64,000 bases of DNA from Halanaerobacter jeridensis (GCF_016908315.1 NZ_JAFBDQ010000005.1:1-64000); one strand, 5' to 3'; counted from the first letter of the stretch, positions 18,035 to 29,566 are shown. Notes: a model not told the origin generated them from the sequence alone. Translations and numbers: made by a program.

Positions 18035-21000
18035 TTAATTTTTTAAACTACTACCAATCAACTTTAAATTTTCTCCAATGTTATTTAATTCATTGACCAC
18101 TTGGATTACTTTTTGCCCGTCTTGATTGGACTTTTTCTTACGGTAGATTTCTTTTATTTCCTGCCATCTTTCTTCTTTCTCTGCTGTCATCCGTCCAGTA
18201 ATTTCATGAAACTTTAACAAACTAGCTTCAGCATGAGTTGCTAAGGTCTGAGCATCATTAATATAACTATTAACTATCAACTTATCCAATTCATCTTCAT
18301 TCATAATCGGGACTACTTTTTCTACAATTTTATTCATATTCCGGTAAGACCCCTGCAGTTTAAATGGTGGTTCTGTTCTATAATCATCATTTTGCGAAGC
18401 AGATTTGATATATTCCATATTAACTCTTAGCACTTCATCTCTAATCTGGAGACAACTTTCTAATACCTTTTGGGCTTCTTCTAACTCTTCTTCAGTATAA
18501 CTACCCTGCAAATTCATTTCTTCTTGCGTCTTAGTTGTAATATCCTCTAATAGTTGATAGATATCTGTTTGATTTTTCATATAAATATTATTTAAATATT
18601 GATTAGACGTGATAGCATTTTCAATATAACTAAGTTTAAAAGCCGATTCATTTTCTCTTAACATATCACCTAAATTATAGACATCAGCCCGATTGGCTAA
18701 CATATCAGGAATCTTAAATTTATCTCCACTTTCAGTATAAGGGTTACCGCCCATTACTACAGCTACCTTTTTACCTCTAAATTGATAAGTTTTACTTTGG
18801 CCTTGATAGACACCATCTATCTTTCTCTGACCGTCGCATAAAGAGATAAACTTCTGTAAAAACTCAGGGTTAGAATGCTGGATATCATCTAAATAAATCA
18901 TCACATTATTACCAATCTCCAGGGCCAAATTCAACTTCGCGAGTTCCTCCCTCGCACTAGCATTTTCAGCTTCCGCCGGATCAAGTGAGGTTACCCCATG
19001 CCCAATTGTCGGACAATTGACTTTAACCAGCATCATACTTAAGCGGTTAGCCACATATTCCACCAAAGTCGTCTTCCCATAACCCGGCGGAGAAATCATC
19101 AACAGCATTCCCATGTTATCAGTCCGCTTATCTTTACCAGCCGTTCCAATCTGTTTAGCTAGATTATCACCAATTAACGGCAGATAAACTTTATCGATTA
19201 ATTTATTGCGGACAAAAGAAGTCAGCACACTCGGCTTTAAATCCTCAAAATTAAACCTACTTTTAAGTTCCGCAATTTTAGCAAACTTTAACTGCTGAAA
19301 CTCCTGATACTGGGGCACAATATTGTTTTTAAAATTATCTAACTTAGCTAAAAAATCCGTTAAGCTAATTTGATACTGCCCATTATCAAGCTGAGGATGA
19401 GTACCTACTAAATTATCAATCTCAATTTGCGATTCTTCATTAATTATACGCCGCTGCTCATAATCATCAACCATTAAAATAGATAATACTTCATCAACAT
19501 AATGATTAAAACTCACTTCTTCTTCATGTAAATAAGACTGCAGCCATTCACTAATTAAAATATACTTTCCTTCCAAATCATCTGCTAATTTTTCCACTGA
19601 ACTATCAAAATCACTTTTAGCACTCTTAGCAATTAGAAAATCAGCAAACTGCTGGTGGATTTCTGCTGCTTCTTTACTAATTGCAAAAGCCTCATTTTGA
19701 CTTATTTCTTTGGCTAAATATTCTGCTGTTTTGTGATACTGACTACATTTAATCCATTCATTATCTGCTGTAAATGATTTGATTTCAGCCGCTAAGATAG
19801 GGATAAAACTAGCCACTAACTCCCGCTGCGAATACTTAGCTATGACATTAACTGTTTTTAATCTCCGCTGCAACTTTTCTTTTTTCTCTGATGCTAAACC
19901 AAACTCCCAAAACAAGTTTGCTACTGCTCTAACTTGAGGACTGTAAGCTGCTAATTCTAATTCACGGTATTTCTCTACTACTGCCTTTAGTATTTTTCGT
20001 CCATCATGATCGTGAACTCCAGTGGTATAATATTCATTAGAATGCTGCTGCATATAATCTTTAATGATTTTAGTTAAAGCCTGCTCATCTTTTTGATAGA
20101 GGTTATCTAATTGATTTTGCTCCTCATATTTTTTAAAGATATTATAGGCTAAAAACTCAGCTCGGTAAACTTCTTTATTTTCAGAAATTACTTCCTGCTC
20201 CCACACCTGCTCGTAAGCACTAAATTCTTCTTGTTCAATCGCTTCCCAAAAGTCAGTACCGGAAATGTGAAAATAAAAGCCGTCATCTTTACGCATTAAA
20301 CTTAACTCAGCTTCTTGATTATTAACTAAGAAATGATGATTGCCGAGCTTAATTGTATTCTCATCTAAAAATAATTCCTGCTTATCTTTTAACTGCTTGA
20401 TACTAGTTTCCCTTAACGATTTAAGTTTGTTTTCAATATCATCTGCTTTGGTGCTCGCTCCAAGGTCAATTAATTCTGCAATAATATCTCTTATCTTATC
20501 AACCATTGGACTAGTAGATAGTAGTTCATTAATCTCTGCTACTTCATCACAAGAATGAACCCGATTCTTTAAACTTTTAAAAATTCTATCCGCCGCATTA
20601 CCTAAAGAATCAATTTTTCGATTCTTCTGTTCCATTAGCTGCTGCTTTTTAGCTTCAAAAGTAGATACTATCTCTTCTCTTTTTTCAGTCAGTAGCACTA
20701 TAAACTCATCAAATTCAGAAAATTTACTCTCTAACTCATCAATTTGGATAATAATTTTAGACATATATGATTCAGTTTTCTCAACAGTAGTTGATAGTTC
20801 TAAATAATTAGCTACAGAATGAGTTAAAAGATTTAACTTAGAATAAAACTCAGCTTCTTTCTCCTGCGCACTTAAATTATCTATTTTGTTTTTGAGCTGT
20901 GACTTGTGCTGATTTAAATTAGAGAATAACGCCGAAATTTTATCAATAATCACTGAAGTTTTAGTCGCATCTTTGATCTTTAGATTATTAACTATATTAA

Positions 21001-22909
21001 TTAACATTTCTAATTCTTCAGAGACTTTTTTTATCTTTTTATTTAATTCTTCACCATCTACTACTTTCTCAATCTCCGGTAATTTATCCTTAATTTCTTG
21101 TACTTCTTCTTGATAGGGTTTTAAACTATTCTCCTGCAGCAGGAAGTTAATACAATCTTGGGCCAAGGTCTCCTGCTTTTCCTTAATCTCTTCCGCTAAT
21201 TCCTCCACCTGCTCTTCTTCCATAAACTGCAGGTCCTTTAGCCCCGCTATTTCGCCTCTCACCTGTCTAATTTGCGTTAGATATTTGACAAAGTCATTAA
21301 TATTCTCAAAACTAGCATAGCTAATTGCTTTTGTAATCTTAGTTACTTTTTCCTTAACTTGCTGATACTGCTGCTCGGTGTTTTCCTTGATTTTGCTGAC
21401 CTTATCAAACTCTTTAATCGCAATTGCTCCTGCTTCTTTAATCTTTAGGAGAGACTCTTTAATCTTAAAAGCTTCCGGTTTATCAAGCCAGAAATAGTTA
21501 TTAATAATATTTTCGGCATCATTAACTATATCTACATACAAACCATAGTAACTGTCATCTTTTTTAGATAAATTATACAGCGAATAACAATCTGCCATGA
21601 CCCTAACTATCTGCTTATTGCCGATATTATATAGAAATTCATCACTTTTCTCTGCAGCATCAGTGCCTACTTCTTTACCAAAAGGCGTTTCCCAAATTTG
21701 GATCGTATGGTTCCGTTTCGCCTCTTGAGCGGCAGTAAAAATTATCATCTCTCCATTATCAAAATGAGTGTAGCCATTACACATAATCGGCGTCTCAATA
21801 TCTTGATGAATAATATTATAATTATGAATTGAATATTCACCAGTTACGCGGTCATAAAAAATATACTGATAGTCTTCTCCATTGAGCGAAGCCTTTTTAT
21901 TTTGAAAAACCATATTGGCATAATTTAACTGAAAACGCTTGAATTCTCCTGACTGCAGAAAAATACCGTCAGGAAAGATCAAGCCTTGGTCTTCTGGTAA
22001 TAAAACCACTGATTTACCAATCGAGTCTATGCGCTCTACTTCTTCTGTCTTTTCATTAAAGACAATATAACGATAATTCTCTTCTTGATAAGGTTTAATC
22101 TTTAGTAAAATAAAGTTACCTACTACAGCGTAAAAGATAGTTGCATCATCAAGCTTTTGGTCTTTCCGTTCTACTTCATCAGAATAAATTCCCTTCCCTG
22201 AATTTGTATTATTCTCTATTTTTAGGGTTACATCGCCATTAATAGTTTCTACAAACAAACGATCGTCAATTGAAATATGGGGATAAAGACCAGCCACCTG
22301 GTCTTCTCTTGTCGTTTCAATCCATTCAATCTCCTGTTGAGGTGGATAAGAGATCTCATGACTAAATCTATTTCCTAAGTATTCTATAGTTTGATTATCT
22401 TTAACTAACCACTTGAAACTTTTAATATCATCTACATTATCCCCGGTTTGAAAGACCATATACAGAAAACCGTTCTTTTCATAAAACTTAGCAAAAAAAC
22501 TTTCTTTATAGTATTGATACAACTCTTTAAAGTCTGCTTTAAAACTCTCATCATCCAGCAGCGTATAATCCGATTTAACAAATCTAGTCCCATTATACTG
22601 ATAAAGAGAAAAGACATCGCTTAATTTAGTTTCAGATTTTAGGCCTAAGTGCACATTATAACCTAAAATAACCTGCTCCCCAACCGAAACTATATCACGC
22701 GGTATACAACTATTTTCTGTTACAATTGCTTCACTATTCTTTAATTTATTCTTTGTTTCTCCATAGATTTCTATTCGCTTTTCTTCTAATTTAGTTAATT
22801 TTTCTTGCAATTCTTCCGCTCGTTCTACTAACCGGTTTCTAATCACATTATAAGAAGCAAAACTATCCTGTTTTTCTTCTGTTGTAGATTCTTTAGCCAC
22901 TTTAACCAC
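18035..22909 (-). CDS. giant coiled-coil protein with C-terminal AAA+ ATPase module (flotillin-operon associated)
   Basis: 1624 aa. Walker A ISPPGYGKTTLVEY, Walker B VMIYLDDIQHS. Long coiled-coil central region. Start overlaps the flotillin stop. Confidence 0.6.
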   Translation of the reverse strand: MVKVAKESTTEEKQDSFASYNVIRNRLVERAEELQEKLTKLEEKRIEIYGETKNKLKNSEAIVTENSCIPRDIVSVGEQVILGYNVHLGLKSETKLSDVFSLYQYNGTRFVKSDYTLLDDESFKADFKELYQYYKESFFAKFYEKNGFLYMVFQTGDNVDDIKSFKWLVKDNQTIEYLGNRFSHEISYPPQQEIEWIETTREDQVAGLYPHISIDDRLFVETINGDVTLKIENNTNSGKGIYSDEVERKDQKLDDATIFYAVVGNFILLKIKPYQEENYRYIVFNEKTEEVERIDSIGKSVVLLPEDQGLIFPDGIFLQSGEFKRFQLNYANMVFQNKKASLNGEDYQYIFYDRVTGEYSIHNYNIIHQDIETPIMCNGYTHFDNGEMIIFTAAQEAKRNHTIQIWETPFGKEVGTDAAEKSDEFLYNIGNKQIVRVMADCYSLYNLSKKDDSYYGLYVDIVNDAENIINNYFWLDKPEAFKIKESLLKIKEAGAIAIKEFDKVSKIKENTEQQYQQVKEKVTKITKAISYASFENINDFVKYLTQIRQVRGEIAGLKDLQFMEEEQVEELAEEIKEKQETLAQDCINFLLQENSLKPYQEEVQEIKDKLPEIEKVVDGEELNKKIKKVSEELEMLINIVNNLKIKDATKTSVIIDKISALFSNLNQHKSQLKNKIDNLSAQEKEAEFYSKLNLLTHSVANYLELSTTVEKTESYMSKIIIQIDELESKFSEFDEFIVLLTEKREEIVSTFEAKKQQLMEQKNRKIDSLGNAADRIFKSLKNRVHSCDEVAEINELLSTSPMVDKIRDIIAELIDLGASTKADDIENKLKSLRETSIKQLKDKQELFLDENTIKLGNHHFLVNNQEAELSLMRKDDGFYFHISGTDFWEAIEQEEFSAYEQVWEQEVISENKEVYRAEFLAYNIFKKYEEQNQLDNLYQKDEQALTKIIKDYMQQHSNEYYTTGVHDHDGRKILKAVVEKYRELELAAYSPQVRAVANLFWEFGLASEKKEKLQRRLKTVNVIAKYSQRELVASFIPILAAEIKSFTADNEWIKCSQYHKTAEYLAKEISQNEAFAISKEAAEIHQQFADFLIAKSAKSDFDSSVEKLADDLEGKYILISEWLQSYLHEEEVSFNHYVDEVLSILMVDDYEQRRIINEESQIEIDNLVGTHPQLDNGQYQISLTDFLAKLDNFKNNIVPQYQEFQQLKFAKIAELKSRFNFEDLKPSVLTSFVRNKLIDKVYLPLIGDNLAKQIGTAGKDKRTDNMGMLLMISPPGYGKTTLVEYVANRLSMMLVKVNCPTIGHGVTSLDPAEAENASAREELAKLNLALEIGNNVMIYLDDIQHSNPEFLQKFISLCDGQRKIDGVYQGQSKTYQFRGKKVAVVMGGNPYTESGDKFKIPDMLANRADVYNLGDMLRENESAFKLSYIENAITSNQYLNNIYMKNQTDIYQLLEDITTKTQEEMNLQGSYTEEELEEAQKVLESCLQIRDEVLRVNMEYIKSASQNDDYRTEPPFKLQGSYRNMNKIVEKVVPIMNEDELDKLIVNSYINDAQTLATHAEASLLKFHEITGRMTAEKEERWQEIKEIYRKKKSNQDGQKVIQVVNELNNIGENLKLIGSSLKN

Positions 22910-22910
22910 C

Positions 22911-24950
22911 TTACTCCATTATCTTTTTAATTGGAGTATTAGCTAGCCCTAGCTCTTTAGCTTTACTTAACACATGATTTAATACAGTTTTCTTAGTACC
23001 AGTGGCGTCATTCATATAATTCATAATTGCACTAGAAATAGTTAAGTTCTTAATTGCTTCTGAATCTAAATTAAAACTATCAATTAAAGATTTAACCTCT
23101 TGTTTAAACTCGTCTCTATCTCCACTGAAAAATGTATCTTTAACATCAGTTAAGACATCAGAATTATCAACTAATCTATCTACCTGTTTTCCTCTCGTAA
23201 TCGAATTAATTAAGTTATCAAAGAACATAGACTCGCCACCGACAATATCCACATTAGCATTCTGTAAGCCGTCTTTCAGGATTTCAGCCTGCGCTTGGGC
23301 AATTTGAGGTTGGATATTGATTTCGGCTAACTCTATTTCTTTATCTTTATTTAATCTCAACTTGAATTCTTCGTGTTCTTTACCAACAGAGTCTAATCGT
23401 TTCATTGCTTCCGCTTTCTTATTAATCCCCTCTGCCTCTGCTACAGCTTTGCCTTTAACTACCTCTGCTTCAGATTCTCCTGTTAACTTGATTGCTTTAG
23501 CTTCTGCTTCAGCCTGCATTTCTTTCACTTTAGCTTGAGTAGCACCTTCTTTTTCAGACGCTTCAGCTTTAGCCTTCATCACTCGAGCATCAGAAATACC
23601 TTCTACAGCAGATTCTTCGGCATTAGCATCAGCCATAATCTTAATCGATTCTGCCTTTTTGCGCGAAGTCTTTAATTCAGTATCAGCCTTAATAACCTCT
23701 TTTTCAGCTAATTCCGATTCACTTTGCTTCTCTGCTTCCGCTAATTTAATCTTTTGCAGTGCCTCTACTTCTGCATCACCTTCTGCAGTAGTAATATTCA
23801 CATCTTTAGCCCGCTTAGCTGCTGCTAATTCTTTAGTATCTTTGATCTTTTCTTCTTCCTCAGCTACCGACTTTTCCACCATCACTCGTTCGCGAATTAC
23901 TTCCTGCATATCTTTCTTTTCTTTCTCTAAGTTCTTATCTTTTTCTATTTGGGCCAAAGAAACTACCTTTTCTCGTTCCGTCTTTTCAATTTCTTGTTCC
24001 TTAGTCACCCGCTCTTCTTCCACAGCTTCAGTCGCCTCTTTAGACTTTTTGGCAACAATTATCTGACGATCCTTATTCTCTTCTGCAATTGCGATTTCTT
24101 CATCAGTTTTAATTCTCGCATTTTCAGACTTTAATCTCTCTTCTTCTTCCACAGTCTTGATTTGCGCACTTTCTCTAGACTTCATATTAGCAATTTCTCG
24201 CTTCTGTTTTTCCTCTGCTTCAGCCTGCTGGCGTTCTAATTCTAAAACTGCCTCTTTAGCACTGACATCCTGTTTGACAATTGTTTTTTCTTTGTTGCGC
24301 TGAATTTCATTTGCTTCCATAGCCTGCGTAGCAGTTAATTCTGTAATCTTTTTAATTCCTTCTGAATCAAGGACATTATTTTCATCTAAGTAATCCAATT
24401 TTGTCTGTTCTAAGTAATCAATCGCTGCATCATCTAAGACATAACCATTTAAATCAGTGCCAATCACCTGTAAAATTTCTTCTTTAAAGGTATCTCGTTC
24501 TGTATATAATTGAGTAAAATCAAACTTCTTTCCTACAGTTTTTAGAGCTTCAGAAAACTTAGCATCAAAAAATCTCATTAACGTATCCGTATCAGAAGCT
24601 TTTTTAGTCCCTAAAGACTTTGCTACCCGCAGCACATCTTCTTCAGTATGGTTAACCCGCACGAAAAAAGCTACTTTAATATCAGCTCGTAAATTATCTT
24701 TACAGACCAACCCATCTTTGCCGTCACGATGAATCTCTACTCTTTTTACTGAAACATCCATTGTCTCCCAGCGGTGCAGGATAGGAACCATCCAAGTTCC
24801 AGTGAAAGAAACTTTCGCTCCCCCAATTCCATTTCTGACAATTGCTGTTCCCTGACCTACTTTCTTGTAAAATAAGAGTAATAATAAAGGAAATCCAATA
24901 AAAACAAGAAATAAAATACCTCCTACTACATACAACACCATCTCTAACAT
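22911..24950 (-). CDS. flotillin-like SPFH/band-7 protein
   Basis: 679 aa: N-terminal TM, SPFH domain, long EA-rich coiled coil (AEAEA repeats). Confidence 0.8.
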   Translation of the reverse strand: MLEMVLYVVGGILFLVFIGFPLLLLLFYKKVGQGTAIVRNGIGGAKVSFTGTWMVPILHRWETMDVSVKRVEIHRDGKDGLVCKDNLRADIKVAFFVRVNHTEEDVLRVAKSLGTKKASDTDTLMRFFDAKFSEALKTVGKKFDFTQLYTERDTFKEEILQVIGTDLNGYVLDDAAIDYLEQTKLDYLDENNVLDSEGIKKITELTATQAMEANEIQRNKEKTIVKQDVSAKEAVLELERQQAEAEEKQKREIANMKSRESAQIKTVEEEERLKSENARIKTDEEIAIAEENKDRQIIVAKKSKEATEAVEEERVTKEQEIEKTEREKVVSLAQIEKDKNLEKEKKDMQEVIRERVMVEKSVAEEEEKIKDTKELAAAKRAKDVNITTAEGDAEVEALQKIKLAEAEKQSESELAEKEVIKADTELKTSRKKAESIKIMADANAEESAVEGISDARVMKAKAEASEKEGATQAKVKEMQAEAEAKAIKLTGESEAEVVKGKAVAEAEGINKKAEAMKRLDSVGKEHEEFKLRLNKDKEIELAEINIQPQIAQAQAEILKDGLQNANVDIVGGESMFFDNLINSITRGKQVDRLVDNSDVLTDVKDTFFSGDRDEFKQEVKSLIDSFNLDSEAIKNLTISSAIMNYMNDATGTKKTVLNHVLSKAKELGLANTPIKKIME

Positions 24951-25163
24951 TAAATTTTCCTCCTCATAATAATATAGCTTTTATTTTTTAAGTTGATCCA
25001 ATTTATTTAAGGTTTAAATTTGCTTTAATTATTAAAACATAATTTTGCATATTTTTATATTTTATCCATTTAACATTAAAAAAATAATTAAATTAAATCA
25101 ACTTATTAACAGATATTCAAACTCTAGTTTTATTAAGAATCACCTTAACTCTTGTCCTAGAAT

Positions 25164-25778
25164 TTAATTAAGCAATTTTTCTTTAACTATATATAAATCC
25201 TTTTCTTCCACTTTAGATACTACCACCGCAGCACTACCTTTTAGGATTGTATCTCCTACAGATTTAACATTAATCACAATCGGATAGCCATCAACCATAA
25301 TTTCTGCCTGCCCTATATTTTCTGCATTAATAGTAGATTTCAACACACAATCTTTTCCCACTATCTCTACACTGCTGCTATCTTCCATGGCGGCAAAAAA
25401 TCCTGTTAACGGCTCAGTTAAAGCCTTGGTAAGCAAAACTGCTATAATTATATTTTGCCCAAAAATTAAAAATCCCCCGAACGATTGGGGAGAAATATTA
25501 GTATAATACACTAACATACTTAAGACCCACAATACAAGAAATAAAATAGTCCCATAAATCATAATTGGTACCGCACCAATATTAAGAAACTTAATTATTT
25601 TAACACCGCCGTCAAAATACAGATTCGAAGAACAATCCAGGTCGAAATCAAGATCAAAATCTATCACATTAACTGAAAAGACTCCTAATATCACTGACAG
25701 CCAATAAAAAATAACTATCATTAACAACATCGACGGCAGTATATTTATCCCACTAAACGCAAATGCAATATACTCCAT
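25164..25778 (-). CDS. NfeD-like membrane protein
   Basis: Multi-TM N-terminus plus C-terminal OB-fold-like VEIVGKDCVLKS...GQAEIMVDGYPIVINVKSVGDTILKGSAAVVV. Sits upstream of the flotillin gene, the classic NfeD-SPFH pairing. Confidence 0.65.
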   Translation of the reverse strand: MEYIAFAFSGINILPSMLLMIVIFYWLSVILGVFSVNVIDFDLDFDLDCSSNLYFDGGVKIIKFLNIGAVPIMIYGTILFLVLWVLSMLVYYTNISPQSFGGFLIFGQNIIIAVLLTKALTEPLTGFFAAMEDSSSVEIVGKDCVLKSTINAENIGQAEIMVDGYPIVINVKSVGDTILKGSAAVVVSKVEEKDLYIVKEKLLN

Positions 25779-25959
25779 AAACCTTCATTCTCCTTTTGGC
25801 TTAATGATATTCTCTTGTGTAACTTTCTCGTTACTCATAACTCATCATTGTTATTTTTGTTTTAATTACACTTGGCAGTATTGTAATAAAACCTACAACC
25901 TAGACTTGGCAATGCAAAGTCTCTACAACAGTTAGAATCTCCACAAAACCGGAGTTACT

Positions 25960-26400
25960 GTTTTTGTTTTTTCTGTTTTACTCTTCACTGATTATTATTT
26001 TTCTTGTTACTTTTTACTTGTTACTCTTTTCTTGTCACTGCTTTTTCTTGTTACTGCTTTACTCTTGCACTTGACTTTTATTTTGTGTCTCTTTACTGAT
26101 CACTGTTTTACTGTTTTTATGCTTTATTCTTGAATTTGACTTTTATCTTATCTCTTCACTGATTACTTGTTACTCATCACTGTTTTACTGTTGCACTTGA
26201 CTTTTATTTTGTGTCTCTTTACTGATCACTCATTACTCCTCACTTTTTTTTATCTCTTCACTGATTACTTATTATTGTTTTTCTATTTCACTGTCTTTTG
26301 TGTTTTTTACTGATTATTTGTTACTGATTACTCATCACTATTATTCTGCTTTACTCTTGTATTTGACTTTTATCTCTTCACTAGTCACTCATTACTAATT
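25960..26400. repeat. degenerate tandem/dispersed AT-rich repeat region
   Basis: Motifs TTGACTTTTAT, CTCTTCACTGATTACT, CTCATTACT, TTACTGATCACT. Units of about 45 nt recur at 26060-26110 and 26195-26240; shorter ones at 26140-26175 and 26370-26395. Relatives at 42000-42185 and 29455-29545. Confidence 0.7.
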
Positions 26401-27192
26401 ACTATTATTACCTTCGTATTTATTCAAACTAGCTGCCATTTTTCTCAAATTGACAATACTTAAATCTAATTCACTATCAGCATGTTGGGAAATTGTTTTT
26501 AACTTTGCTAATTTTATTTTCATATTATCTAAGTCTGTAATTGCTTGTTCATTAATTGAAAGATATTTATTAATTGCCTGCAATTCAGTTAAAATCATCT
26601 CTTTTTTCTCTTTTAATGAGTTAAGTTCATCTCCCATCTCTGCAGTTAACTCATCTTTAGTTTCTAGTAACTCAATTCTTGAATTAATATAATTAAGGTT
26701 AATATCCTCTATCGATTGATAAATATCTTTAACTTGGGCCAAATTATCTAAAATATTATAGTATACTTCTTCTGTGACCCTCATGAATTTTTGATAAGTA
26801 ATTCCGTTTTTATCTAATTTGATATCTAAAATATTCTTAAACTTTTCAAACTTTTCAATCACTCTTAATAATTGATTTAAAGCCAAACGAGCACTTTCCT
26901 GATAATGATTAGTATTTGTCAAATCACTAAATTGAGTCTTTAATTCAGCAATAAAGGAAATTATCTCCTGCTTATAAGAAACATTACCTGTTCGCATTTT
27001 ACTCTCATCTATATCTACTTTTAATTTTTCTTCTTTTTTATATCCATTGCTTAACGACAAATTTAGCACCTCCACTAATAAGGCACCTGCTAAAATCCCC
27101 CATCCAAACTGCTGCAGAGAGTCAACAAACAAAATGATTTCTACGCTCACTACAATTGGAACCAACTTTTGAATAAGCAATTTTTTAATCAA
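26395..27192 (-). CDS. hypothetical membrane plus coiled-coil protein
   Basis: 265 aa, two N-terminal TM helices then coiled coil. Function unknown. Confidence 0.4.
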   Translation of the reverse strand: MIKKLLIQKLVPIVVSVEIILFVDSLQQFGWGILAGALLVEVLNLSLSNGYKKEEKLKVDIDESKMRTGNVSYKQEIISFIAELKTQFSDLTNTNHYQESARLALNQLLRVIEKFEKFKNILDIKLDKNGITYQKFMRVTEEVYYNILDNLAQVKDIYQSIEDINLNYINSRIELLETKDELTAEMGDELNSLKEKKEMILTELQAINKYLSINEQAITDLDNMKIKLAKLKTISQHADSELDLSIVNLRKMAASLNKYEGNNSN

Positions 27193-27284
27193 CTTTACTC
27201 CCCTATCTTTTATTACATTATTTTGAAAAATATACTGTTTTTAGAATACCATTTAATATTTTAGATGTCAAGTAATATCTAAGT

Positions 27285-27332
27285 TACTGCAAAAATTCAA
27301 TAACTCCCTGTAATCAATGATTGCAGGGAGTT
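27285..27332 (-). terminator. Rho-independent terminator
   Basis: AACTCCCTG(loop)CAGGGAGTT followed by a T-run on the minus strand. Confidence 0.65.
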
Positions 27333-27362
27333 ACATTAATATTATTATATTGCTGATAAAGG

Positions 27363-28253
27363 CTATTTATAATATTTATTATACTCTTCTTTTAATCTAG
27401 TAGGACTCAATTCTCCAGCAGTCAATTCTTTAGAAGTTACTGCTAATCCAGCAGCAATGGTTCCCAGTTTAGCTCCTTCAGCCCAACTGAAATTATTAAG
27501 ATAACCATATAATAAACCAGCAGTGAAATTATCTCCTGCTCCATTAGTATCTACTACCTCATAATCTAAACTAGATTCTTCTATCCACTCTCCTTTAGCT
27601 GACAAAAGAGTTGAGCCTGCTGCTCCATGAGTGCAGGCGACTAATTCTTTCCCTTCCTCTATCCAACTTTTCATAATTTCTCTATAATTATCAACTTTTT
27701 CAGAACTAAAGATTAATTTATCAGCACACTTGATAAAGGGCTCACAATAATCATCTTGATCATCATAAGAATGTAAATCACACCAAATTTCTGCCTCACA
27801 TTTTTCTATTAACGAAATAAATCTTTTACAATAGGGAGCTATATTTAATAATATGATATCACTATTCTTAATCATTTCTTCTATTCTTGCTTCATCTAAC
27901 TTTATATCGTATGGCGGTGTATGTAAAAAGATTGAAGTTCTTTCGGTATTTTGGTTAGTCATTAAATTAACATGTCGTTCTGTTCCTTCGGGATCAATAT
28001 CATAAATAAAATCAATTCCTTCCTCAATTAAATAATCTTCTACTATTCTTCCGTAACGATCATCTCCAATTACACCATGGAGAGTTAAATCTATTCCTAG
28101 TCTATTTAATGCTAAAGCCTTTCCAGCTCCAGTAGAACCAACTGTTTCATGATAATCTGCTGCTGATAACGAGCTTTGATTAAGAGTTACAGTTTCTCCT
28201 AACTCAACCATAGTATTATAAGAAACTCCACCAAAGACTAATACTTTTTTCAT
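27363..28253 (-). CDS. PfkB-family carbohydrate kinase
   Basis: DTNGAGDNFTAGLLYG (PfkB signature 2), GAG motif. Ends with TAG. Confidence 0.75.
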   Translation of the reverse strand: MKKVLVFGGVSYNTMVELGETVTLNQSSLSAADYHETVGSTGAGKALALNRLGIDLTLHGVIGDDRYGRIVEDYLIEEGIDFIYDIDPEGTERHVNLMTNQNTERTSIFLHTPPYDIKLDEARIEEMIKNSDIILLNIAPYCKRFISLIEKCEAEIWCDLHSYDDQDDYCEPFIKCADKLIFSSEKVDNYREIMKSWIEEGKELVACTHGAAGSTLLSAKGEWIEESSLDYEVVDTNGAGDNFTAGLLYGYLNNFSWAEGAKLGTIAAGLAVTSKELTAGELSPTRLKEEYNKYYK

Positions 28254-28576
28254 TATTATTCTAACTCCTTTCTAAAATAGTTTTCTTACTTATATTATAA
28301 CGAACATTTGTTACTCTAGCGAATAAAATAAGCAATAATTGTTCAAACTATTATTATCCTTACAACTTTATTAAAAAGGAAGTGACCTTATGAACAAAAA
28401 TCAAAAAAATAATTTTAATAAATTTAATTTTACTTTGCGGACTTACTGCTATAATCTTAATTGCTTGTTCTAATCATCAATCACCTAATCATTCTAATAA
28501 AAACAATAATCTCTCTCCTACCCCACAAACACCAGCTAAAATTATTACAGCCCAAAAAGAATATAACTACCAAAAA

Positions 28577-29434
28577 ATGCAGCAGGATATTAAACAACTA
28601 AGCAAACACTACGATTCTCTAGCTCTAAGTTCCTTCGGTAGATCACTAACTAATAAAAAACTATACCTGCTCAAATTAGGTACAGGTCCTAAAAAAATTA
28701 CAGTTGTCGGCGGTGTTCACGGTCGTGAAAGTATCACTTCATTACTGATTCTAAAATTAATTGAAGATCATATCCAAAAAGACAACATTGCTAACTATAA
28801 ATTAGATAATATTTTAAAAGAAATTAGTTTTTATTTTATCCCGATGCTCAATCCCGACGGGATTGAAATAGCTACTCAGGGCCTCACTAATATAAATTTA
28901 AAAAGCAAAGAATTTTATCTGAAAGCTAATGAAGGGAGTAATGACTTTCAACGTTGGAAAGCTAATGGACGAGGTGTTGACCTCAATAAACAATTTCCAG
29001 CTCATTGGGGAGAACTTAAATCAAAAACAGAGCCTCATTTTGCTCATTACAAAGGACCACGCCCTGAAAGCGAGCCGGAAAGTAAAGCTTTAGCAAACCT
29101 CACGCGGCAAGAAGATTTTGCTGCAGTAGTTGCTTTTCACAGTAGTGGGCAGGTCATTTATTGGTACTATAATCAAAGCAAGCAGCAGTACCACCACGAT
29201 TATCAGTTGGCCCAGAAATTAAGCCAAGCTGCCGGTTATAAACTAGTCTCACCACAAGAAAGTGATAAGTACGCAGCTGGATATAAAGACTGGTTTATCA
29301 AAGAATTCAAACGCCCTGGTTTTACTATTGAAATTGGTGAAAAAAATGGGGATAAATCTTTACCCTTTGACAACCTAGAACAATACTGGCACAATACACG
29401 GACTATTTTGCTTACTTTAGCTGCTAATATCTAA
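28577..29434 (+). CDS. M14-family zinc carboxypeptidase (gamma-D-glutamyl-diamino-acid peptidase-like) lipoprotein; 5' end frameshifted
   Basis: GGVHGRESITS...NPDG. Lipoprotein signal KKIILINLILLCGLTAIILIAC is in frame with the ORF but out of frame with the only ATG (28391), across an A7 run at about 28405-28412. Confidence 0.7.
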   Translation: MQQDIKQLSKHYDSLALSSFGRSLTNKKLYLLKLGTGPKKITVVGGVHGRESITSLLILKLIEDHIQKDNIANYKLDNILKEISFYFIPMLNPDGIEIATQGLTNINLKSKEFYLKANEGSNDFQRWKANGRGVDLNKQFPAHWGELKSKTEPHFAHYKGPRPESEPESKALANLTRQEDFAAVVAFHSSGQVIYWYYNQSKQQYHHDYQLAQKLSQAAGYKLVSPQESDKYAAGYKDWFIKEFKRPGFTIEIGEKNGDKSLPFDNLEQYWHNTRTILLTLAANI

Positions 29435-29566
29435 TAAAAATGTTCGTCTACCCATTTTTATCTTTTTTTAGTTTTTTCTTTTTAAATTTTGAATTTACTC
29501 TTTACTTTTTATTTTTTAATTGTCACTCTTCACTAATTACAACTGGGCACTACCAGTTTCTCATTC

